A DNA stretch of 63,901 nucleotides, filler included, from Octopus bimaculoides (taxonomy: Eukaryota), in the NCBI RefSeq assembly GCF_001194135.2. It is 5 parts of 5 records of this genome, joined end to end, with 100 filler letters (N's around TTAATTAATTAA, not from the genome) between each part and the next. Parts side by side here need not be neighbours in the genome. Positions count along the whole stretch, not along the records: positions 1 to 29,760 come from NC_068981.1; 4 more parts are not named here. One strand, written 5' to 3'. The notes under the pieces are model-generated. The model saw only the letters and a list, made by a program, of their open reading frames with translations. It searched no databases and had not been told where the DNA came from. The position numbers and the translations under genes are program-made. Of this stretch, positions 1 through 12,052 are shown piece after piece; positions within the stretch are counted from its first letter, which is position 1, and every line of letters begins with the position of its first letter.

Positions 1-60
1 GTACTCTTTCACCACAGCTTTCTCTCACTCTTACTTCCTGTTTCTGTTGTGCCTGTAATT
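1..60 (+). mobile_element. Internal fragment of SINE-like family C
   Basis: gtactctttcaccacagctttctctcactcttacttcctgtttctgttgtgcctgtaatt matches the bodies of the copies at 47255-47637 and 55455-55738. Confidence 0.8.
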
Positions 61-61
61 C

Positions 62-70
62 ACACGCATG

Positions 71-127
<57 letters not shown>

Positions 128-221
128 GTATATTATGCTTTACATACATCTACTTAACAGAAATAGAAACCTGTGTCTGCATATGAAAAGTAATGCTTAC
201 GCACACACACATATACATATG

Positions 222-258
<37 letters not shown>

Positions 259-264
259 GTATGT

Positions 265-312
<48 letters not shown>

Positions 313-375
313 TTCTGTGCATATATACATATATATGTATATAATACATACACACATATAAACACACACGTATGT
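62..375. repeat. Compound (CA)n/(TA)n/(TG)n microsatellite
   Basis: Directly visible dinucleotide runs; source of the [12 protein letters not shown] pseudo-ORFs. Confidence 0.95.
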
Positions 376-477
376 ATGTGCTTGTCTATGTATAGTCCAA
401 CTATTATTTTATTGTGGTAAATGTATTGTATTGATTCAAACGTTTTGCAATATTTAGTAACTTATTTGTTTCATTCG

Positions 478-680
478 TTAAGTTACCACAAAAGCAACCT
501 GGTATTCAAAGCAATGATTATTGTGTTGCACCGTCTGAAGCCACATTTCTGCCAGTTCTTTGATCCCATGCTGATGCCAGTTCTTGTCCTTCAAGGCGAA
601 GAACTCCTTCGTTGAAGTTTCCATCGCCTCTTGGTTGATGAAGCGTCACGAGCGCTAGAAGTGGACCATGGAAATTGCTG
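478..680 (-). mobile_element. Mariner transposase C-terminal remnant
   Basis: Minus-strand frame not in the ORF track reads SMVHF*RS*RFINQEAMETSTKEFFALKDKNWHQHGIKELAEMWLQTVQHNNHCFEY, fitting the mariner C-terminal pattern FF..K...W...GI..L...W...V.....FE. Confidence 0.6.
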
Positions 681-804
681 TTTAATCCCGTGTATGGTTG
701 TTGCATGCTATGATAGAGCAAACCTAGCATCTCCATAGTGAATATATAATTAAGTTCATCCAAATAACCCAGTGTAAGCATTTACATCATCATACATATA
801 TCTA

Positions 805-1120
805 CGTATGTGTGTATGTGGGGGGGGGGGGGGTGCGTGTGTGTGTGTGTGTGTTGTGTGTGTGTGTGTGTGTGTATGTGAGTGCGTGTGTCTGTGCGTT
901 TGTGTGGGAATATATATGCTGTATGCGTATAGGTATATACATATACATATGTACACTCCGATTAATATACCCACTCTATTGACAGATATACGAGTGCATT
1001 TTTTCCTGACTTGTGAACTCTTAGATGACTTACACACACACACACGCACACACATACACGCACACACACACATGTATATATACATACACACAAACACACA
1101 TATACATACACACGTACAAA
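805..1120. repeat. Compound (TG)n/poly-G/(CA)n microsatellite
   Basis: Directly visible. Confidence 0.9.
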
Positions 1121-2017
1121 TGATTAAGAGTGTTTTGTTTTATGTCTGTGAAACATGAAGTAATGCAATCCTGCGTCAAACGATAAATACAAATAATAAG
1201 CTTTACAAACCGTATTGAGTATTTTCTTTCATTTTCACACTTCACTCCGGGTCCTTCTCAATATATATATATATATATANNNNNNNNNNNNNNNNNNNNN
1301 NNNNNNNNNNNNNNNNNNNNNNNNNNNNNNNNNNNNNNNNNNNNNNNNNNNNNNNNNNNNNNNNNNNNNNNNNNNNNNNNNNNNNNNNNNNNNNNNNNNN
1401 NNNNNNNNNNNNNNNNNNNNNNNNNNNNNNNNNNNNNNNNNNNNNNNNNNNNNNNNNNNNNNNNNNNNNNNNNNNNNNNNNNNNNNNNNNNNNNNNNNNN
1501 NNNNNNNNNNNNNNNNNNNNNNNNNNNNNNNNNNNNNNNNNNNNNNNNNNNNNNNNNNNNNNNNNNNNNNNNNNNNNNNNNNNNNNNNNNNNNNNNNNNN
1601 NNNNNNNNNNNNNNNNNNNNNNNNNNNNNNNNNNNNNNNNNNNNNNNNNNNNNNAAAATGCCTCAGCTCCGGCGCGCAAAATTCCGGAAGCAATTGCGAA
1701 ATTTTTTCTGAAGAACACTATTTTTCTTTGTGGTTGGGTCGTTGATGACCTCTTTCTAGCATATTGGATGTCCACCTAGTGGTCATCCCTTATACACGTG
1801 TAGTACAATTTTTTCTGAATTTTCAGATTTTTTTAATATGCTAGGCCACTTGGTTTTAAATTGAATTAATATTCAATTTATCACCCTATCTATATAAATA
1901 TTGTTGGAGACAAATCCGAGTGTAGGAGATTGGTCCGGTATTTTTTGAAGAAATTTTTCCAGTGAACTTTTGAATTTTATGGGATCCGTTTCCGTTTTGA
2001 CGTATTCTGGTATGGTA

Positions 2018-2523
2018 TTAGGAAGAGCTGGACCAGTTGAGGAAAAGTAATTGTGACGTAATGTTGTTATGTGTCCTGAGTTCGACTTTTATAGTGGATT
2101 TGCTGTTTTTTATGCAATAATGTAGAGGCACTGTTTTACTTTCACAAATTAGTGCATGGATCCTGCATAACTGTTTACCTAAAGGAGCGCAGTCAAACAT
2201 TCCGTCAGAAAACCACTCACTTTTCTTGTCTAAAAACTTCTACCGTTTCAACTATAGATCTCAGCAATTGTTCAGCTCGTCCAGCAAGAAGCTTTATTTC
2301 TTCTTTATATTTTGCAGCGTGATTTTCAATCGGCGTAGGTTAACGTTACGTGTTCAGAAGGAGTTGTGCTAATTTCATCATCAATCGTTGTCAGTGTAAC
2401 ACTGCACAGTTTACGATTTGCGCATCACCAATAAGTCTTTTCTTTTCTGGTTCTATCAACAATATAGGCGTACCCTTTGTATAGAAGCTTTTTGCCTCCT
2501 CTTTCCGTTTTGATGAACTCCAT
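2018..2523 (-). mobile_element. Mutator-like (MULE) transposase remnant with N-terminal FLYWCH zinc finger
   Basis: ATG at 2523 reads MEFIKTERGGKKLLYKGYAYIVDRTRKEKTYW*CANRKLC...SEH (FLYWCH pattern). Downstream EWFSDGMFDCAPLGKQLCRIHAL...TVPLHYC matches the MULE W..DGTF...P..QLY.IH....PLVY segment. Stops and frameshifts present. Confidence 0.75.
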
Positions 2524-2589
2524 GATTGATACTTCCGCATGTCTACTTATTGTCTAAATAGCCAATTGTCGAATCGGCCTAGTAATTAG

Positions 2590-2745
2590 GAGTGTTTCAC
2601 TTTCGATCGCGAGATCGTGGTTTCAGTTCGTAGACCGAGTGGTGCGTTGTATTCTTGAGCAAAATACTCCATCCCACGTTGCTCACTTCACCTGACGTGT
2701 GGAACACAATGGACCTGTTCAGACAAAGTTGATTTGATGGAGGGA
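2590..2745 (+). mobile_element. tRNA/CORE-type SINE fragment (family D)
   Basis: gatcgcgagatcgtggtttc...ttgtattcttgagcaaaa...cacgttgc; parallels 5470-5640. Confidence 0.65.
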
Positions 2746-2881
2746 TGGAGTTAATGAACAACACATACATTTTCCATTCGAGTCAATACAAAATTACAGA
2801 TAGCATTTATGGAATTTTGACTTACTGTCGGGTGTCGTTTGGCCAACCTTCTATACACACATACTCACACACGCACGCACG

Positions 2882-2939
<58 letters not shown>

Positions 2940-2942
2940 TAT

Positions 2943-3712
2943 ATGATGGTCTACTCGTGACCGAGGAAGACCATCACTGATATTGTGCACTCAGACAAAA
3001 TTATACTTATACCTGTGACTCTAGCTCTTGATATACATAGAAGTCTACAGACACTGCATGCCAAACCTCCCCCTTCACTACAACTTTTGTTTTCGAACAG
3101 CTCGCTTAAGTTCAGCGTGAAAATGCGTCTTTTCTGCAAAAGTATCCACTTCTTCCTTTCCTTGTTTCTTCCAATGATGGCAATGACAAGCATTGCTATC
3201 ACATCTGACATTTCGTATCTCACAAGCCTCCAATGAGGACTTTACACAGTCCTTAAATAGTATTCTGGCTTTCCGCTGAGGTTGCGTTCCACAAGCAAGT
3301 TCAGCGTATAGCACCTGCGTAAGGATCCTCTGATTATTCATCCGAAGAAGGTGTTCAGTTGAACGTAATAGGTGCTTCTGCACCATTGTCTTAATGCTCA
3401 GCATGATGGTTCCCCTCGAGACCTCGGTATCTGTAGTCTGCAAGGGTTATCCAACATTCAGAATGTGTCCCAGACATCTATGATGGAAGCGTTCAAGTCC
3501 ATGCTATACAGCGTTGACCAAGCCACCTGACAGTAAAGTGTTCATGTCTCACATGAGTAAAGGAGCAACGTCAGCACACATACACAGTACACAGTAACTT
3601 GTTTTTGTTCACCTTGTGATACCATATCAGTAGCGTTCTGAAGCCTTAAAGATGTTTCATCATCCAAGAAGCAGGAACGGCTGAGTGTGTTGATCAAGTC
3701 TCATCTTATGAA
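2943..3712 (-). mobile_element. RTE-clade LINE 3' portion (post-RT to 3' end), decayed
   Basis: Minus strand reads NTLSRSCFLDDETSLRLQNA, LLLYSCET*TLY, LERFHHRCLGHILNV, HLLRMNNQRILTQVLYAEL, FKDCVKSSL, CSVCRLLCISR. The 3' end has a hairpin, gatggtct/agaccatc. Confidence 0.85.
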
Positions 3713-3714
3713 GC

Positions 3715-4455
3715 AAGTTTATGTACCTAAGAGTTCTACATCAGCTCCTTTGTTATCCAAGGAGAGTTCCACCCAACTTAGTAAATCAAAAGAAATCACA
3801 GGTCACTGAATTAAACACTTTTTAAAACTTCTGAACCGTTAGTCAGTTGCAGATGATGTTGTAATTGATACTGTTCAACAGAGACCTGTCTTCAGGACCT
3901 TGGACTTTATACCCACAATATACACGGTAATAATAGAAATAAATAAATTGAATCTTGGTAAAGTATCAGGTGAAGACGGAATTTACGCAGAAGTGTTGCA
4001 CTTTGGCGGTGATCATATCACATAGAAGGTTCACGAACTTATTAGTGTAGTTTGGAGGGGTGGTGCTGTCCCCAAGGACTGGAAGGGTGCAATTATCCAT
4101 CCTGAATAAATATATTGCAAATGACGTCCTATGTGAATCTCATTGTGGCTTCCATAATGGTAGCGGAACAATGGATATAAACTTGACAGCAAAGCAGGTT
4201 CAAGAGAAGTACTATAAGCAAAATCTCGATCTTGTCAGGCTAAAGCCTTCGATACTGTGAATTTTCACCGTGGAAAATACTTTGCAAACTTGGTATTCTG
4301 AGTCACTTTGTATCATAACTTAAGCATTTCAAAACGAGATGAAGACCTAAGTCAGTGTCGTTGGTGGCATGGCAGGACCCATCCCTGTAAAGAATGGTGT
4401 CAAAGTGACATCCTTGCTCCTACTTTAGTTTCCTTGTAATTTGCAGCAACTCTCA
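3715..4455 (+). mobile_element. RTE-clade LINE reverse transcriptase N-terminal portion, decayed
   Basis: Plus strand reads KHFLKLLN, LDFIPT, GKVSGEDGIYAEV, VWRGGAVPKDWKGAII, ESHCGF..GSGTMD, KQVQEK, KAFDTV, KNGVK..DILAPTL. Confidence 0.85.
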
Positions 4456-4461
4456 CTCATG

Positions 4462-5039
4462 CTTTACTCTACCCATTATTACAACACAACATAAGAAACA
4501 CAGAGGTTTACAACACTATCCACCAGAACATCTCACTACTAAAACAAGACCCAAAAATGAAACAAGCATTTGAAATACACATAATATTCAAAAATAAAAG
4601 ACAAAGTCCCTCAAAAATTTCTCCACAAGTGCTACATTATCTTCCACAACAGCATCACCAACAGTCAAAAATGGTGGCCGCCCCAATTGCGGTACCTGCA
4701 TCGACGTTATTGAAAACAACATTCAAATTCAAATCAAGACAGATTTTTTCCATAAAAAATCTAATGTATGCTATCAAATGTCAAGGATGTAATGATTACA
4801 TAGGTCAAACAAAGCTTACTCTAAGAAATAGAATGACCATTCACCGACAATAAATACAAGACCCCAGTACTTGACAGATTCCACTGAGTGGACACATAGA
4901 CATATGTGCAAAAAATAAGTCCTCCAAATTCCAGGTCTTTCCACTCTACCTGTGTTCAGCGAATATCACAGATGAAGCACAGATAAACATAGAAAATACT
5001 TTCATACAAAAGTACAAACCAAGACTTAACAAACTTTAA
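4462..5039 (+). mobile_element. Penelope-like element 3' fragment with GIY-YIG endonuclease
   Basis: Linker LLKQDPKMK...KRQSP, Cys-rich GRPNCGTC, then NLMYAIKCQGCNDYIGQTKLTLRNRMTIHRQ and ENTFIQKYKPRLN*; frameshifts and stops. Confidence 0.85.
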
Positions 5040-5469
5040 CAGAGTACATGCACAAATAACTATTCATACACAAAACTCATTCTGCCACTTATCATGAGGA
5101 ACCTACACAGCTAAGAATCTAAACTTTAGCCACTGGACTACATACAAACGACTCCTATCTACTCTCCCATATGACAGATTAAATTCAGAGTGCCTTGATT
5201 ATAACTAAACATGTTCATTCAACCATGTTGGCCTTCTTTTTAGGCGCAAAATATACTGTCATGTGACTCTAACGCACGGACGTAGCAGGAAACGTACAGA
5301 AGATTATAAACATAATCATGTGTTCATTCTCTACAAACACTTGACAGAAACCATTCAGAGCATTGTTTGGAATGTTCAGTCAACCGTGTCAGCCTTAACT
5401 TACGGCGCTAAACGTTATCATTTGATATTCACACACGGACGTAATGGTGAACCTACAAAAATGTCTAAG

Positions 5470-5640
5470 CTTAGGGTATTGACCTCACGATCGCGAGATC
5501 GTGGTTTCAATTGCTAGACAGGGTGATGCGTTGTGTTCTTAAGCCAAAAACTCCGTCTCACGTTACTCTGTGATGATTTCTACACCTGAAGCGTGATACA
5601 CAGTGCACCTGTTCAGACAACGTCTATTTGATGGAGAGAG
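5470..5640 (+). mobile_element. tRNA/CORE-type SINE (family D)
   Basis: ttagggtattgacctcacgatcgcgagatcgtggtttcaattgc...ttgtgttcttaagc; matches 2590-2745 and the reverse complement of 9554-9799. Confidence 0.65.
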
Positions 5641-5675
5641 TAAGCTATTATTTATATACGTGTGTATGTATGTGT

Positions 5676-5906
5676 TATTTCTTTACTACCCACAAGAGGC
5701 TACACACAGAGGGGACAAACAAGGACAGACAAACGGATTAAGTCGATTATACCGACCCCAGTGTGTAACTGGTACTTATTTGATCGACCCCGAAAGGATG
5801 AAAGGCAAAGTCGACCTCGGCGGAATTTGAACTCAGAACGTAGCGGCAGACGAAATACCGCTAAGCATTTCGCCCGGCGTGCAAACGTTTCTGCCAGTTC
5901 ACCGCC
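5676..5906 (-). mobile_element. tRNA-derived SINE family A, near full-length
   Basis: Minus strand ggcggtgaactggcagaaacg (A-box-like), gagttcaaattcc (B-box), central gcctttcatcctttcggggtcgat...aagtaccagt domain (resembles the MetaSINE domain as I recall it). More than 10 copies in the window. Confidence 0.85.
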
Positions 5907-5965
5907 NNNNNNNNNNNNNNNNNNNNNNNNNNNNNNNNNNNNNNNNNNNNNNNNNNNNNNNNNNN

Positions 5966-6018
<53 letters not shown>

Positions 6019-7838
6019 TATTGCAATTATTTTCTGTGTAAAATTTATTTATTTCTTAAAATTGCAAGAAGGACGATGAGCTAGCAGAAACGATATTGTT
6101 TCAATTGTTATGACAATTCACGTTGCAGTTCGTCATACCACCTGGACTGAACATACTTTTCATAGAGAGAAAAAAACGTATCTAAATGGAAAAAATATAG
6201 AAAGACAGGTTTACAATTGATAGTAATTTACGAATAAATTTCCCGATAAATTTAGGCAACTGTCTTCTAATATTGCCCGGGGTTTATCCGTGGTTATGAA
6301 AGACTTGAAATTCTGTAAACGGGAAACTGTGGGAGCAGGGCAGAGGGAGGCAGACCATTTCTGTTGGTGTTAGTAAATTTAACATATCAATAAGTTTAAC
6401 ATCATCATATGTCCCTTGTGTTTTTCCTAGAGTACACTCTCTTTCAATATTCAGTCAGGTCTTAGCTCTGAGGGTAACATGGTTCTTCTTCCCACTAATC
6501 TCGGATCTCTGGAAAAAAGGTCATTGTGCTGCATTTTCTTTTCTGACTAAGTTACTAAATATTGTAACTATTGTTTAGTTTCATATAATATTGTACTTGG
6601 AAGTAGTTAACGTTTTATTAGTTACATTATATATAAAAGTAACTTTAAAATTCTAGACATATGTGTCCGAAAATATACTTTAAAATGTTGTCATATACTT
6701 TCTTAAATGAATAGACACATTACTGTTCCAGAACAATACATTCTTTGTTCAAAAGTTGCCATATGCTCTCAGTATAAAAATAGTGAATTATTAAGGAATA
6801 CCCATAAAATTTTCGAATGTTAAGCAAATAAGATTTTAAAAGTGAAACGTAATTTTATGCATGTGTGTTTTGTCTAACATACATGGTATTTATGTCTGAT
6901 AATTTTGGTATCTGTTCATTTAAAAACTCTGGCAATAATTTAGTAAAGCCTATTCATATGCTTATGTATCTGTGCACAAATATGACTATTCTGTCATCAG
7001 CTGCAATTAATAACGTGATTTATTTAATAATTTAATATATAAATGTTGAATAGTCAAGCACAGCTTTTATATGTCAACATTATTATTATCTACTACGATT
7101 CAGAAGTGGTGCTTGATTCTACTTTTAAATAACACGGCTCCTTTCTTTTTCAAAAGTATTATTGATATTTCATATATTAACTCTACGTAAAACGTAGAAG
7201 TGAAATTCTCAGTTGGAATACATCTAAGAATCTCTGATCATGGGTTGGAAATTAAAATTCAATAGTTGAGCAGTCTCCTTCGTTTTAAATTTTTATTCTA
7301 AATTTCATCCAAGCGTACGTTGATCCAAGGTTATTGTAGAAGACAGTTACCTAAATTGTATTATTGTTGGTTGACCAGCCACTAGGTATTTTCCATGTAA
7401 ATGCTGATTTGAGTTTCCTCTGGGATTAATAATGTATAAATTTCGAGAAGCGGAGGAACTAAATCATTTGGAAAAATTTTCCTTTCATAAATAATATGTC
7501 CCAGTTTGGGGAGATGTATCAATATTTCTTACATGTTTTATGACAAACAATTCTTTTTTCAAAATGGCAATCAACAAATCAGGATACATCTTTTTGGTTG
7601 ACGTTTGTTTAACGATTAAAAATTAATTTTCTGCAATTATTAGCAAACATATAGATAAGTTAACCTAAGTAAATGTCTTTAACTCAAATACTGTCATCAA
7701 ACTATTTGAAATGTTTAACTAAAGCTTGTTGATCAAATTTGGCCAACTTTTACTGCATTATTTAGTTAATAATGGCCAGCTAAATTTATTATCGAAATTA
7801 AACCACATTTGTTGTAAAACCAGTTAAATGTACAAACA

Positions 7839-8976
7839 ATATGTTGTCAAGAAAGTCCTTGCGAAATTTTTAACTTTGGTTTTAAATGATGTATTTTCAA
7901 ACTAATTTTCGTTAAATTACTTTAACTTTATATATTATTTTAAAGCCCGTTTTTCACTCTATCTAATCGTGTTACACTTTTTCTTTTTGAATAATTAGGC
8001 CATTCTTTCCGGAACGTTGAATACAACATGGACAAAAAGCAAATTCGCACAATTTTCTTATTCCAGTTCAAGCTAGGCTGAAAGCTGCTGAAACAACTCG
8101 CGATATCAACGATGCGTTTGGCCCAGGAACCACTAATGAACGTACAGCACAATGGTGGGTCAAGAAATTTCGTAGCGGTGATGAGAGTCTTGAAGATGAT
8201 AAGCGTAGTGGTCGGCCATCAGATGTTGACAATGATCAACTAAGAGCCTTAGTCGAAGCCAATCCATGCACAAGTGTTTGAGAGCTTGCTTCTAAATTAG
8301 ACGTAACGTATATGACAATTTTCAACCACTTGAAAGAAATTGGAAAAACAAAAATACTTGAGAAATGGGTACCGCACGAATTGAACGACAACAAAAATTG
8401 TTTAAATGCTATTTTGAAGTGTTGTGTTCCCTTCTTTTACGCAACAAGACCGACCCGTTTCTCGACGGATTGTGACTTGTGATGAAAAGTGGATTCTTTA
8501 CGACAACAGGCGACGCTCAGCTCAATCGTTGGACGCTGATGAAGTTCCATGGCACTTCCCGAAGCCTAAGTTGTACTAAAAGAAGGTCACGGTAACTGTT
8601 TGGTGGTCTGCGGCCAGTCTCATCCATCACAGCTGACCCTGCAGAAGTTGAGCGAGTTGAACTACGAAACTCTGCTTCATTCGCCATACTCACCAGACCT
8701 TTCGCCTACCGATAACCACTTTTCCAAGCATCTCAACAACTTCCTGTGTGAGAAATGCTTCAAAAACCAAGACGATGCCAAACACGCTTTCAACGACTTC
8801 ATCGCCACCAGAACGCAGGATGTTTACGTTACTGGCATAAATAAACTTGTTTCGTGTTGGCAAAAGTGTGTTGATTCTGATTGTGTTTATTTCCATTAAT
8901 AAAGTTTTGTTTGAACCGAGATATGTGCATCTGAATTTAAAGGTTAAAAACCGCAAGAAGTTTCTTGACAACCTAA
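7839..8976 (+). mobile_element. Mariner (cecropia/Hsmar1-like) DNA transposon with both TIRs, internally deleted
   Basis: ATG 8028 MDKKQIRTIFLFQFKLG; motifs KWVPHEL, IVTCDEKW, PYSPDLSPTD; stop 8899. Left TIR atatgttgtcaagaaagtccttgcg (7839-) versus right TIR cgcaagaagtttcttgacaacctaa (-8976) followed by TA. The HDNARPH segment is missing. Confidence 0.95.
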
Positions 8977-9265
8977 TATTTCAATAAATAGGAACCGGAG
9001 TTTGTGGAAACATGTGTGAGTCAGTGTCGGGAAAAATATTTAGTAAAGTTTTCAAATTTGGTTAAATTCGTATGCCATAATTAAGAAAAGATGATTTATA
9101 AAGTAATTTATGGGGGAGGAATTGTATAAAGAAAAAGCGCGAGAAACAGTAGGGTAATCAAAAAGATTTGAAACTCTTGCCACTCACGCTCAAATACCTT
9201 CAAATTCTCTTGTTGAAATACCTGTACTTTCCTCTCAGATACCACTATAATCTGTTTGAAATTCA

Positions 9266-9302
<37 letters not shown>

Positions 9303-9553
9303 TGTGTATGCATATAATTACAAATATCGAAGAATGGATTTAGCAAATCATTTTAATACATAGTTTACAATCATTTCAATATAACACATTTGGCGTAATT
9401 CTGCAATCTTGCAAATTAATCAATAGTTGCCGACATGGTTACAACATTACGCAGGTTTGATGAAACGAATGTAAACGATGTATCAAAATGAGGTGTTGAC
9501 GCCATTATTCGCTATTTTTATTATATATACATATAATAATAAATAAATAAATG

Positions 9554-9799
9554 CGCCTTTTTAAAGCCTAGCCATGCTCATGGGCCCGGTTTCCGGGTTT
9601 CCATGGTGTATGTGTTCCCCAGCTGGACGGGACGCCAGTCTATCGCAGCGTTACTCACTTTTGCCTGCTGAGTGGATTGGAGCAACGCAAAATGAAGTGT
9701 TTTGCTCAAGAACACAACGCGTTGCCCGGTCCAGGAATCGCAACCACAATCTTACGATCATGATGCTGACACCCTAAACAGTAAGCCACGCGCCTCCAC
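9554..9799 (-). mobile_element. tRNA/CORE-type SINE (family D), full-length
   Basis: Minus strand gtggaggcgcgtggcttactgtttagggtgtcagc...ttgtgttcttgagcaaaacacttc...; tRNA-like head and CORE-like body. Confidence 0.85.
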
Positions 9800-9832
9800 T
9801 TATATACATACATACATACATACATACATACA

Positions 9833-9864
<32 letters not shown>

Positions 9865-10302
9865 CATATAAACATAATTAAGGGATCAGCAACAGTTGCT
9901 TCACCACATATCGAAATTTAGAAATAGCAGTTAAAGTGCTAATTCTACTACTACAATAAGTCTCCAACAGATAGCGATACTTGTAACTCACATACATGGT
10001 TTTTGCCAGCATTTTCAAATTTATAATCTAGAATATCATACTGATGATGGAAGTGAATTTATTTACTATTCTGATCCAGAAACGCGTCTATGATTGACTA
10101 AGACTGGTTAGTTTCGTTATTTTTTCTTCTTGTTTGCTTTGTGAGTTACAAGTATAGAATAGCTATTTCCTAAATGGTGAAAATAAAGCAGTTATCCAGC
10201 TATAGAAATAACTTGCATTTAGCTGATCTCCAAAGAAAATAAGTTGTGTGTATGTTTGTATGTGTATGTGTGTACACGCACATGCACACGTACGCACGCA
10301 CG

Positions 10303-10358
<56 letters not shown>

Positions 10359-10894
10359 CACTCGCACATATGCATATTAGTATGTAAGTTTGTGTCTATT
10401 TCGCTCTGTCTACTTTGAGTGAGAAGGCAGGCATTAAAAAAATAATATATGAAGAATTCACCGAAAACTGATGCAGTGGTACAAGAGTCTAGTATACATA
10501 TGAGGTTTAGAGGCTTTAATCAATTTATTATTGACATTGGCACTGTTCCAAGTGAAAAAAGAAGAAAAGGAAAGAAAAGAAACATGCCAGATAGTCTAGT
10601 AGGTTATTCTTCGGTGTCAGGAATTGGTGCTGATGGGATTTATCGCCTGCCCAAATGGACGAACACAATAAATTAAATCTTGTTGCCAACTATTTTGGAA
10701 TGGCTTCTAACAGAGGCATAAAATGTCAGTTATTTAGTTATTTTCGAGGAAAGAAAACGAGAAATTGCGACGTTGATGAATTAGCCAATAAAATTTGAGT
10801 TGTTAATTAAAGTAGAGAGGCTATAAAAAAAAATCCTAGATTTCCATTCTTTTCTTTTGTGTCAGGTGCCCATCGGTACAATTTTCAAATTTTT

Positions 10895-11100
10895 TATCTT
10901 TTATTTGTTTCACTCATTGGATTGCGGCCATGCTAGAGCACCGCATTGAAGGGTTTAAGGTTTAATCGAAAAAATTGATCACAGTGCTAAGTTTTTCAAC
11001 GTAGTACTGACTCCATAGGTTTCTTTCGCCGATCTGCAAAGTTACAAGGACATAAACAAACCAACATCGATTGTCAAGCAGTGGTGAGGAACAAACACAC
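10895..11100 (-). mobile_element. SINE family B, 3' half
   Basis: gcggccatgctagagcaccgc...tgtcaagcagtggtg is the reverse complement of the tail of 48046-48447. Confidence 0.75.
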
Positions 11101-11108
11101 ACACACAC

Positions 11109-11139
<31 letters not shown>

Positions 11140-11153
11140 TGTATAAATATATA

Positions 11154-11202
<49 letters not shown>

Positions 11203-11649
11203 TTGCTTAAAAGAGTTCCAACACTGTCAGTTTTTTATGTTTTATTTATATTCCTGCAGAACTAATGTGGGGTATAGAATATGGAATATACAATATACAA
11301 TATAAAATAAAATATATATATATATATATATATGTATATATNNNNNNNNNNNNNNNNNNNNNNNNNNNNNNNNNNNNNNNNNNNNNNNNNNNNNNNNNNN
11401 NNNNNNNNNNNNNNNNNNNNNNNNNNNNNNNNNNNNNNNNNNNNNNNNNNNNNNNNNNNNNNNNNNNNNNNNNNNNNNNNNNNNNNNNNNNNNNNNNNNN
11501 NNNNNNNNNNNNNNNNNNNNNNNNNNNNNNNNNNNNNNNNNNNNNNNNNNNNNNNNNNNNNNNNNNNNNNNNNNNNNNNNNNNNNNCTATTTTAATATTT
11601 TTAATTTCGCGTATGCACATTGTTTGTTTTTGATTACACAGTGTAGTAA

Positions 11650-12052
11650 GATCAGTTAGGCACTGTCTGTGAGAAAAACAGCACCATGACACAATTCACT
11701 CTGCCAGAAATTTGGAAACGACATGCCGTATTGCTTGGCATTCGCACCGAAAGCTCCAATAAGAACATTTCAGAATGTTTGGGTGTTAATCTGAGGACAG
11801 TGCAATCTGAAGACATGTACCGAGAGTGATAAAAATCAAGCATCCAATCAACATCATCGTGTTTGGAGTGATCACGAGTAATGGCGACGTTATGCCTCCA
11901 TTCATCTTCCCACACCGCCTCAAACTCAACATGGAGGCCTACATCAGGTGCCTGGAAGAGGTAGTGCTTCCCTGGGTTAAGAGGGTGGCTGCTGGAAGAC
12001 CCTATATCAAGTAAAAGGACTCTGCACCATGCCACACGAGCAGGAGAACGCA
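11650..12052 (+). mobile_element. Tc1/mariner superfamily, maT/DD37D-like transposase remnant
   Basis: ATG 11686 MTQFTLPEIWKRHAVLLGIR...LGVNLRTVQ (HTH), an internal deletion, then KHPINIIVFGVITSNGDVMPPFIFP...EEVVLPWVKRVAAGRPYIK*KDSAPCHT. Confidence 0.8.

Noticed and set aside
114-1158. Overlapping [12 protein letters not shown] ORFs, here and throughout the window
   Set aside because: Translations of dinucleotide and tetranucleotide microsatellites, not genes
5222-5270. gcct/aggc hairpin downstream of the Penelope ORF, where a pLTR hammerhead is expected
   Set aside because: Neither CUGANGA nor GAAA is recognisable
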